This document shows positions 1 through 8,134 of a stretch of DNA of 32,000 nt, piece after piece (the stretch's first letter is position 1; each line of letters begins with the position of its first letter). A model generated the notes under the pieces. It saw only the letters and a program-made list of their open reading frames with translations. It did no database searches and was not told where the DNA came from. The position numbers and the translations under genes were made by a program. The stretch lies in the sequence record CP166271.1. One strand, 5' to 3'.

Positions 1-49
1 ATAACAAATAATTTTTGTATGTCTTATTAAGAGATTGTTAAAGGTAATA

Positions 50-437
50 TTATTGTATTTTTTTAGATTTAAATAATGTATACGTTTGTCTACTATCTAT
101 TTTTAATGCATTTTTACCCAATTCAAACGCAAATCCTAATGTTAATACTAAAAAAATATTAACATAATAACTAAACCATATATACTATTTGTATATGCAC
201 TTACTACATAAGGATATACTAAAAGAATTTCTAAATCAAATAATAAAAATAAAAGTGCAAATATAAAAAAGAAATACTGAATTGTGTTCTATTTTGACCT
301 AAAAAAGAATGAAAACCACATTCAAAAACACTATCTTTTTCTCCGTAAGGGTTATGTGGAGCAAATATAAAATTAACTGCTAATAATATAACTGCTAATA
401 TAGGTATAAATAAAAAGAAAAAAGTAGTACTTGTCAT
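50..437 (-). CDS. nad3: NADH dehydrogenase subunit 3, reading frame broken twice at homopolymers.
   Basis: The ORF 231-437 contains the nad3-like motif ...FECGFHSFLGQNRTQFSISF. Adding one base at A6 265-270 and one at A7 150-156 gives ...IFALLFLLFDLEILLVYPY...LTLGFAFELGKNALKIDSRQ... ending at TAA 50-52. The ATG directly follows the nad2 stop (TAAATG). Confidence 0.85.
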
Positions 438-2127
438 TTAAGAATTAAATAATATTAGCGATAATATGTTAGCCATATTAAATCACTCTTGAGGTATTAA
501 AATAAATAAAAGTATTACTAATGTTAAAATAGAAATAGTTATAGTTAAATAACTAGATAATTTAATATCTTTAGTACTTAAACTTAATTCCTCTATAAAA
601 ATTTCCTCTTTAGCTACATTTGCATTCATTTTAACATTAGATAATTTTGAATTAATTACATAATCTGTTTTATCAAAATATACTTGTTTTATTATATTTA
701 AATAATAAACAGCACTAATTACACTAGTTAATATAGCAATTAATGTCAAGAAAATATAACCATTATCTAAAGCAGCACTTAATACCATCTGTTTTGCAAA
801 AATCCAATAAGAGGAGGTATACCTACAAAAGAAAATATAGTAATAGTAAAACTTAAAGATAAGACTGGGTTAATATAAAAATAACCTTTCAATTGACTTA
901 TTAATTGTATAGGTGAATTGTTTTTTTCTGGTAATTCTTTATACTCATCACTATTATTTACATAAAAATATAATGAATATCCTATACTAATTAGTATAAT
1001 GAACGCATTTAAATTACTTATTGAATATTGCATTAAATAAAATATAAATGCTTGTATTGATTCTATACTATTAATGCTTAAAGCTAATAATATAAAACCT
1101 ATATGGCTTATAGTACTAAACGCAAATAATCTTTTTATTCTAGATTGAGTTAAACCTAATACTGAACCTATAATTAATGATAATAAAGAACTAACTAATA
1201 AACTAATAGTTCAAGTAAACTCAAAATTAAATAATGAATTACTTGTATAATGAACTAATTCTAATAAAAAAATAAATATAGAAATTTTAGCTACTATTGC
1301 TACAAAAGTTGTAACTATTGTAGGTATAGCATCATAAACACCTGGAGATCAAAAATGGAATGGAGCAGCACTAATTTTAAATAAGAAACCTACACTTAAT
1401 ATCAATAAAGAATAATTTATGTAGTCAGGTTTATATGAATGTAAAATATTATTATTTGTCTCATTAGCAAGATCACTTAAACTAGTAATTACATATAATC
1501 CATCCAAATTAGTTGTACCTGAATTAGAGTAAAGTAAACTACTACCCAATAATATAAAACAAGAACTTAAACCACCTAATAAAAAATATGTAAGACCACC
1601 CGATGTTGCTAACTCTGAATTTCTGTATATTGTACTAAGTAAATACAACCCATAACTTTGTAATTCAATAGATAAAAATACTGAAACCAAATCACTAGTT
1701 GATACTAAAAATACTGCACCACATACAATAAATAATAGGATTAAAGGATATTCTATAATTTTGAACTGTTCTCCCATTTTATTTAATATTTTGGTTTTAT
1801 TAAATAAAAATTCGTATGAAAAGAGTTTGTTTATATATGAGTATTTTGTCAATCAAACTCTTCTAGGATAAAAAGCAGTTAATTGTATTATAAGAATACA
1901 AATAAAAAAATAAATATCTGAAATATTTGTGTTAAACCTGTTGCATGAAATAAACCCCCGTATAAAGCAATACCTCTATTTAAAGGTGTAATAAATAAAC
2001 TAGTAAAAGCATTAAAAGAAGAATATAGTAGTATAATTATAGCTGCACGGCTATATAATATAGATTTATCTCGTCTGAGAGTAACGGCGTTCGATAATAA
2101 TAATAATAATATTGAAATAATTAACAT
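438..2127 (-). CDS. nad2: NADH dehydrogenase subunit 2, frame broken twice in this copy.
   Basis: ORFs 1888-2127, 1349-1852, 779-1033 and 483-788 join into one nad2-like protein under code 4. Breaks lie at A7 1904-1910 and A5 798-802. Coordinate arithmetic shows one missing base at each. The copy-2 run equivalent to 798-802 is A6 and is in frame there. Confidence 0.9.
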
Positions 2128-2129
2128 GT

Positions 2130-2195
2130 AAAGAAGAAAAAGACTTGAACTTTTATAACTAAATTTTTAGTGCTTTATCTTTAAGCTATCTTCTT
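2130..2195 (-). other. tRNA-like element X1. It has acceptor, D and T arms but no canonical anticodon arm. It lies 2 nt upstream of the nad2 ATG.
   Basis: Minus strand reads AAGAAGA-TA-GCTTAAAGATAAAGC-ACTAAAAATTTAGTTAT-AAAAGTTCAAGTCTTTT-TCTTCTT. The acceptor stem pairs perfectly and the T arm has a TTCAAGT loop. The middle part cannot form a 5-bp stem with a 7-nt loop. Confidence 0.6.
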
Positions 2196-2215
2196 AGGTT
2201 TTTTATTATTAAACC

Positions 2216-2253
2216 AAAATAATTTAAAGTAAAATTTTACTTTAAATTATTTT
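2216..2253. repeat. Perfect 38-nt AT-rich palindrome (19-bp arms) in the atp6-X1 spacer.
   Basis: Base-by-base pairing holds from 2234/2235 outward to 2216/2253. The first mismatch is at 2215/2254. Confidence 0.9.
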
Positions 2254-2319
2254 AATCCTAGGCTAATATAAACTATATTAAAAACTATCGTTTTTAATAT
2301 AATTTAATTGCCCTATTAT

Positions 2320-3096
2320 TTAATGTAAGTCTAAGGCGTCTTTTATATATGAACTTGTTAATACCACAAAAACTTGAGCTTGTATAAATGCAATAGCTAA
2401 TTCTAAACCAGAAAATGCTATAATAAAAGATAAAGGTATTAACCCTAAAAAGAAAAATATAAACCCACTAGTCATAATATTATAAGTGAAACCTGATAAA
2501 ATATTTAATAACATATGTCCACTAAGAATATTGGCACCTAATCTAAGACCCAAAGAAACATTTCTAGATAAATAAGAAATAAATTCTATTAATACTAATA
2601 AAGGTAATAAAGCCAATGGACAACCAGCAGGTACCAATAAAGAAAAGAACTCTAAACCATGTTTTTGGAATCCTATTATTGTAGCACCTAAAACTACTGT
2701 AAAACTAAGTGCAAATGTAAATGCAAAATGACTAGTTGATGCAAAGCTATAAGGTATCATACCTATTAAATTATTAATTAATATGAATACGAATAATGTA
2801 TAAATAAAAGGAAAATAAATTTGTCCTTTTTTAGAGTTAATTTGATTTGTAACAATACTATGTAAAGTAGCATATATTGATTCTTGACTTATAGATCAAT
2901 TATTACTTAAAACTTTGTTATAATTAGTTGCTAAAATATTAGAAAACAATACAAATAAAGTACCTATTGTTAAATAGAAACCAATATTAGTAATAGATAT
3001 GTGTAAATTACCAAATATAGGGGCATCTAAGCTTAAAAAATTTCTTATCTCGAATTGATCTAATGGACTAGTAATAAAAGTATGTAATTTTGTCAT
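2320..3096 (-). CDS. atp6: ATP synthase F0 subunit 6 (a), intact in this copy (258 codons plus stop).
   Basis: ORFs 2896-3096 and 2320-2760 are in the same frame and are joined through TGA=Trp. Diagnostic motifs include ...SPLDQFEIR... and ...LSRNVSLGLRLGANILSGHMLL... Confidence 0.95.
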
Positions 3097-3178
3097 AATT
3101 TTTATTTTTATTTTTTAAATAATTAAAACTATTTTATATAGTGTTTAGTATAAAAGGTTAGGTAAAATCCTTTGTAAT

Positions 3179-4262
3179 CTATAATAAACTAATATTGCTA
3201 GGTATAAATTCAAAACTATATAAAATACAAGGAATTAAAACAATAAAAGCAACAACAATAGGTAATAAAACAGTTCAGCAAAATGACATTAGTTGATCAA
3301 AACGTATTCTAGGGAATGAAGCTCTAGCTCATATAAAAATAAAAATCATAATACAAGATTTAATACCTATAGCTAAACCATATAATAATCCTTCTATTAA
3401 AGGATATGAAAATAAACTATCATTATCTAAATTATTGATATAATAATCGAAATCAAAGTATTGTATTATTCAAAAGAATGATATGTAATTATATAAATAA
3501 CCCCCTAAAAATAAAATGCTAGATAATATACAAATTAAAACAATACTAGCATATTCGGCTAAAAAGAAAAAAACAAAAATAACAGCAGCATGTTCTGTCA
3601 TAAAACCACTAACAAGTTCTGATTCAGCCTCAGCTAAATCAAAAGGAGCTCTATTAGTTTCAGCTATAGATCCTATAAAAAATATAATAAAAATAGGAAA
3701 TAAAGGTACTATAAATCATATAGCTCTTTGGGCTTCAATAATAACAGTAATATTTAGGCTACCTGTTAACATCACTACAAGTAATATAGCAGAACTTAAA
3801 ATTAATTCATAACTTATTAATTGTGCTGTACTTCTAAGTGATCCTAAGAAAGCGTACTTACTATTAGCACTTCAACCTGCTAACAATATACCATATGTAG
3901 CTAAAGAAGAAACTGCCAACATATAAAGTATACCTAAATTTAAATCACTTAAAGCTAAACCAGGACCATAAGGTATAACTAAATAACCTAATAATGAAAA
4001 TATTAATGTTATTATTGGACCAAGGAAAAATAAAATTATGTTAGCCTGTGTAGGTGAAACATATTCTTTTAAAAAGAAGCTTTAAAGCATCAGCAAAAGC
4101 TTGTAAAAGTCCGTAATATCCTACCATATTAGGACCTAATCTTCTCTGCATACTAGCCATTGTTTTCCTTTCTGCTACAGTTACATAAGCTACAGTTAAT
4201 AAAACAGGCACGCTTATTAATAAAACTTCTATAATGGAGATTATTGTAGGTATATATACCAT
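3179..4262 (-). CDS. nad1: NADH dehydrogenase subunit 1, one frame break near the 5' end.
   Basis: N-terminus is [63 protein letters not shown]. After T4/A5 at 4067-4075 the frame must shift (apparently one extra base) to continue [18 protein letters not shown]...[20 protein letters not shown]..., ending at TAG 3179-3181. Confidence 0.9.
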
Positions 4263-4461
4263 ATTAATATTATTACTAATAAAAAATATTATTTAATAAA
4301 AAAAATATTACTTTTTTTACTATATATATTTTTTTAAATAACCATATAACATCTTATATTATGTTAATACAAATTATCTATTATAAATTACTAAATAAAA
4401 ACTTGTATTGTTTGACCAAATAGACAAATATAATACAAATTATATAAATAAGACTAATCGT

Positions 4462-4532
4462 ATTCTCATCCAAGATTTGAACTTGGACCTAGATATTAGA
4501 AGTATCCTGCTCTACCATTAAGCTAATAAGAG
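4462..4532 (-). tRNA. trnR: tRNA-Arg (anticodon UCU).
   Basis: Cloverleaf on the minus strand. Anticodon loop is CTTCTAA and the T arm is CCAAG-TTCAAAT-CTTGG. Position 1:72 is a C-A mismatch. Confidence 0.8.
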
Positions 4533-4631
4533 TAAATATATATTTGCATGTTAGGAATAATAAATATTAACTCCTTTCTTAGAGTTTGTTGTTATTTTTA
4601 AAAAAATAATATATTCAACGACTTTATATAA

Positions 4632-4704
4632 AATACATGTATAAGATTTGAACTTACATTATTGTAGCCGTAATACAATGCTCTACCATTAAGCTAACAC
4701 GCAT
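4632..4704 (-). tRNA. trnR: tRNA-Arg (anticodon ACG).
   Basis: Cloverleaf with acceptor ATGCGTG/CATGTAT, anticodon stem TTGTA/TACAA and loop TTACGGC. Confidence 0.85.
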
Positions 4705-4765
4705 AAAAAAATACTTATAAAGTAAAAAGAATAAACATAGTAATAGTATATAATCTAGTATTTTC

Positions 4766-4837
4766 AGAGATAGGGAGGAATTGAACCCCTTATTTAAGAT
4801 CTGCAATCAAAACGTAGAACCATCTACAGCCTATCTC
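4766..4837 (-). tRNA. trnC: tRNA-Cys (anticodon GCA) with a weak anticodon stem.
   Basis: Acceptor GAGATAG/CTATCTC pairs perfectly and the T loop is TTCAATT. The anticodon loop is TTGCAGA, but the stem TTTGA/TCTTA contains two U-U mismatches. Confidence 0.65.
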
Positions 4838-4908
4838 TATATATTTATATATAAATACATATACTTATATATATAAACTAATTTTTTTTTCGAATAAAAA
4901 GTTATTCA

Positions 4909-5169
4909 TTATTTTTTTTTATTAATCTCAATTTGTATAAATTCTATTCTAGAAAGTAAAAGTGTTGCTCTTGCTTCTGCTCTAATTCTATTTTTATTTA
5001 ATTCTTCTAAATCAGACATTATTGTAGCTTTTAATCTAATATCGTAAGCAGTAGTAGGTGTTTCAGGCACTTTTGATAACATATTTTGAGCAAAACCAGT
5101 TTTTTTATTCATCATTTCTATAAGTTTTAAATTATTATTTCTTTGTTCTATTGCAGTTTCTAGATCCAT
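4909..5169 (-). CDS. Hypothetical protein (86 aa ORF). It is predicted helical and charged, and I recognise no family. It may be the C-terminal part of a longer gene.
   Basis: ORF-track protein MDLETAIEQRNNNLKLIEMMNKK...RAEARATLLLSRIEFIQIEINKKK. It has the same orientation as all other genes. Confidence 0.45.
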   Translation of the reverse strand: MDLETAIEQRNNNLKLIEMMNKKTGFAQNMLSKVPETPTTAYDIRLKATIMSDLEELNKNRIRAEARATLLLSRIEFIQIEINKKK

Positions 5170-5182
5170 TTTTTAAATTGAT

Positions 5183-5976
5183 TTAAAATGTGTGAATTAT
5201 AATCAATATGTTGACATATTTCGTCACGTATTGGTACTTCACCTCCAGGTACATTAAAACCCGGACCAGGGTTAACTTTTTTCGGGAAAAAACATTAGCT
5301 GGATCTATATCAGGAAAAACTTTTTTCAAATTGAAAAAGGTGGTTCTGTAGCTTGAGGCATAGCAGGAATTATACATTTTTTTATCTAAAAGTTTACTGT
5401 TATCATTCGTACTTTCCGTTTTCTGTACATTTTTATCGCCATAATAATTAGGATGCGATTCTAAATCTACACCTTTCCCTTTATCTAAAGATTTACCTGA
5501 ATTATCATCATCTATATCCATATCCATAGGGTTGTATAATTTGGGTTTAAAATTACCTAAATTAACATCATCCCCAATTTTATGTGTTTTTAAACCAAAC
5601 AATAATTGATGTAAATTTAAATTAAAACTTCTCGTATCTAAATATAAGGAAAATATATCTTTAAAACAAGTATTACTTGTTCAACTTAACATACCAAGAA
5701 GAAAATTACCAAATAAATCCCCTCATTCTATATTTATACCACCTGAGTATAAATATTTACAAAAAGCAGCTAAAATACATGTAATAATTGCGCTTAATAA
5801 TTTAGCCAAGGTAAAAGAATAAAGTATTTTTTTAACTAAATTTATAATAGCATTAGTAATTTCTTTATATTTATTTAGTATAGGATTAAATAGCCTTGAG
5901 TAGTCTATATATTTAAACAAGAATCTTAGATTCTGTATTTTTTTAAAATTTTTATTATATAATATTTCATCATCAT
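5183..5976 (-). CDS. Hypothetical protein with a hydrophobic N-terminal region and an acidic, low-complexity middle. I recognise no family. The start is uncertain.
   Basis: Under code 4, ORFs 5723-5920 and 5183-5602 are in one frame, joined through TGA codons at 5723-5725 and 5681-5683. The ATGATGATG triplet at 5968-5976 is one base out of frame across T7 5938-5944. Confidence 0.45.
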
Positions 5977-6003
5977 TTATTATTAAACCTCAATCTTTTA
6001 ATA

Positions 6004-6240
<237 letters not shown>

Positions 6241-6432
6241 TTAAAAAAAACTATTATTAATAAAAATAATAAATTCGATAATAAAAAAAATACTACCTCA
6301 TTAAAAAAAAAACATAAAGATATTAAAAATTTTTTTAATATCTTTTATATAATAAAACTTAATAAGTTATATATTTATTAAATAATAAGAAATCTACTCA
6401 TTAAATAATAGGTGTATAAAATATAATAGCTT

Positions 6433-6505
6433 AGCCGGGGGAGAAATTTGAATTCTCATTATTAATGCATGAAATTAATGTTTTAACCAATTAAACTACC
6501 CTGGC
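6433..6505 (-). tRNA. trnM: tRNA with anticodon CAU. Whether it is initiator Met, elongator Met or Ile(lysidine) is not resolved.
   Basis: Cloverleaf with acceptor GCCAGGG/CCCCGGC (one A-C mismatch), anticodon stem TTAAT/ATTAA and loop TTCATGC. Confidence 0.85.
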
Positions 6506-6518
6506 TTAAATTATGATG

Positions 6519-6591
6519 GGAGAATACCCTGATTTGAACAGAGAACATACTGTGCCACATACAGTCACTCTACCATTGAGCTATATTCACC
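6519..6591 (-). tRNA. trnH: tRNA-His (anticodon GUG) with an encoded G-1.
   Basis: An extra 5' G sits opposite discriminator C. Anticodon stem is ACTGT/ACAGT and the loop is ATGTGGC. Confidence 0.88.
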
Positions 6592-6630
6592 TTAATCTTT
6601 AATAATACCACTATAAAAAAGCAAATGTAT

Positions 6631-6703
6631 TTATGTTGGAGTGAGTCGAACACCCAATGGTAAATACCAAAAATTTATGACTTACCGATTAGTCCACAAC
6701 ATA
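6631..6703 (-). tRNA. trnQ: tRNA-Gln (anticodon UUG).
   Basis: Acceptor TATGTTG/CAACATA pairs perfectly. Anticodon stem is TAAAT/ATTTA and the loop is TTTTGGT. Confidence 0.9.
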
Positions 6704-6739
6704 TATTTATGCCATACAATATTAATAATACAAACAATT

Positions 6740-6827
6740 TAAGGTAAATCCGACTTGAACGGATAAAATTATAAAAAAATCAAATAGTCCTAAGCTATTC
6801 ATGTCTACCAAATTCCATCACTACCTT
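6740..6827 (-). tRNA. trnL: tRNA-Leu (anticodon UAG), long variable arm.
   Basis: Acceptor AAGGTAG/TTACCTT, anticodon stem AATAG/CTATT, loop CTTAGGA, T arm ATCCG-TTCAAGT-CGGAT. Confidence 0.88.
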
Positions 6828-6830
6828 AAT

Positions 6831-6903
6831 TGCTCGAAATAAGATTTGAACTTATAACCTAAACACCTTCAAAGTTTCGCTCTACCAATTGAGCTATTCG
6901 AGC
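6831..6903 (-). tRNA. trnF: tRNA-Phe (anticodon GAA).
   Basis: Acceptor GCTCGAA/TTCGAGC pairs perfectly. D arm is GCTC-AATTGGTA-GAGC and the anticodon loop is TTGAAGG. Confidence 0.9.
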
Positions 6904-6936
6904 CTATTTATATAATAACATATATAACTATATATA

Positions 6937-7008
6937 TGGAGATAGCAGGACTCGAACCTGAGATAACAATATGCAAAATTGCAGTTTTACCAATTAAACT
7001 ATATCCCC
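6937..7008 (-). tRNA. trnA: tRNA-Ala (anticodon UGC).
   Basis: Acceptor GGGGATA/TATCTCC includes a G3-U70 pair. The anticodon loop is TTTGCAT. Confidence 0.9.
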
Positions 7009-7028
7009 TATATTCTATATTATTATAA

Positions 7029-7110
7029 TATCCGAGAGAGGACTTGAACCTCTACGACGTAAGTCAACGAAGCTTAAGTTCGTCCTGTCTACCAATTCCA
7101 GCACTCGGAT
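7029..7110 (-). tRNA. trnL: tRNA-Leu (anticodon UAA), long variable arm.
   Basis: Acceptor ATCCGAG/CTCGGAT pairs perfectly. Anticodon stem is ACGAA/TTCGT and the loop is CTTAAGC. Confidence 0.9.
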
Positions 7111-7130
7111 CATATATATAAAATAAATAA

Positions 7131-7204
7131 TAAGGCCAGAGTGAATTGAACACTCATCTCAGCTGTCATGAGCAGCTTGCTTTACCAAATTAAGCTATAA
7201 CCTT
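7131..7204 (-). tRNA. trnM: tRNA with anticodon CAU (second of three).
   Basis: Acceptor AAGGTTA/TGGCCTT (two G-U pairs), anticodon stem AGCTG/CAGCT, loop CTCATGA. Confidence 0.88.
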
Positions 7205-7225
7205 ATATAAAATATATTATATATA

Positions 7226-7297
7226 ATGCGGATAAAGGATTTGCACCCTTATATATTGATCATGAGCCAATTATGTTACTAATTACATCAACCCGCT
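7226..7297 (-). tRNA. trnM: tRNA with anticodon CAU (third of three). It has an unpaired 1:72 position.
   Basis: Acceptor AGCGGGT/ATCCGCA with A1-A72 unpaired, anticodon stem ATTGG/TCAAT, loop CTCATGA, T loop TGCAAAT. Confidence 0.8.
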
Positions 7298-7340
7298 TTA
7301 AATTTACTTGTGTAAATAAAAAATTTATTTAATGTATTCA

Positions 7341-7413
7341 TAGCTCCAAAGGGGATCGAACCCTTGCATGTGATGATGAAAACATCACGTCTTAACCACT
7401 TGACTATGAAGCC
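7341..7413 (-). tRNA. trnE: tRNA-Glu (anticodon UUC).
   Basis: Acceptor GGCTTCA/TGGAGCT, anticodon stem TGATG/CATCA, loop TTTTCAT, T arm AAGGG-TTCGATC-CCCTT. Confidence 0.9.
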
Positions 7414-7434
7414 TAATATATAATAAAAATGTAA

Positions 7435-7505
7435 AGTCCAGTGCAAGTATCGCACTTGCTTCAGCTGGTTACAAAACAGCTGCATTACTTTTATGCTAAC
7501 CAGAC
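7435..7505 (-). tRNA. trnT: tRNA-Thr (anticodon UGU).
   Basis: Acceptor GTCTGGT/ACTGGAC. The anticodon loop is TTTGTAA and is closed by GCTG/CAGC with a 31:39 U-C mismatch. Confidence 0.8.
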
Positions 7506-8134
7506 TAATGGTTAAAGTATATGTAGCCACTTATATACTAAAATAATATTATATTATAATATAATATTATTATAATGTTTAGATATCAAAAGGGCTTAGT
7601 TATATATAAAATTAGTACTTTATACCTAAAAAAATTAAAAATATTTCAGTTAAAGCCTATTCATTTTTTAGCTTATAAAAAATTTTTATAAACATAAAAA
7701 CCAATCGTAGTATTATGCTACGTATATTTAAGAATATAATAAAGTAAACTTCGTGCCTATATGCTTTCAGCACTTATTTTTAACTAACTTAGCATTCCTG
7801 CCGTGCCTATGCTATAAATTTACTAAAGTGATAGTAACATCCTTGTATAATAAATTATACATAAATTAATATAGGGCACATAAACAACAGGTAAACCATA
7901 GGTTAATATACCCAGCTCCTTTCGTACGAGGGGAATATCCTTATTTTATTCTAATTTCCTCTAGAAGATAGAAACCATACTGTCTTACGACGTATTTAAC
8001 CCAGCTCGTGTAACTTATTAATCGACGAACAGTCGAACCCTTCATGATTCCTGCATTCATGTGGATAAGTTAAGCCGACATCGAGGTGCCAAACTGCGCA
8101 CTCAATTTGTACTTCCTGGCGCAATTAGCCTGTT

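Larger units (their letters stand above)
1..3910. repeat. Left copy of a ~3.9 kb direct repeat (partner 28088-32000). The window is periodic with period ~28,087-28,090 bp, so it spans more than one unit of a circular or concatemeric mitochondrial genome.
   Basis: Position 1 aligns to 28088 and 3910 aligns to 32000. ORF-track pairs 1888-2127/29972-30211 and 2896-3096/30984-31184 give identical proteins. By eye the copies differ only by small indels. Confidence 0.95.

Noticed and set aside
3516-3812. Plus-strand ORFs in the track: 3516-3812, 8768-8953, 9434-9622, 10111-10308, 11493-11702, 12155-12367, 18695-18886, 26669-26896 and 31605-31895.
   Set aside because: Each is antisense to a well-supported minus-strand gene (nad1, rps3 or the rnl intron, rnl exons, the rns 3' end plus trnY, nad4L). 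Their products are low-complexity or lack any recognisable motif. Long antisense ORFs are expected in AT-rich DNA.
5305-5361. Mini-ORF starting MPQ (MPQATEPPFSIWKKFFLI) as a candidate atp8.
   Set aside because: It has only 18 codons and lacks the hydrophobic helix and the MPQL.PF motif of fungal Atp8. It lies in an alternative frame inside the unassigned ORF region.
7288-7530. Minus-strand 80-aa ORF MATYTLTISLVSIKVMQLF...
   Set aside because: It runs straight through three well-folded tRNA genes (trnM 7226-7297, trnE 7341-7413, trnT 7435-7505), so it is a chance open frame.
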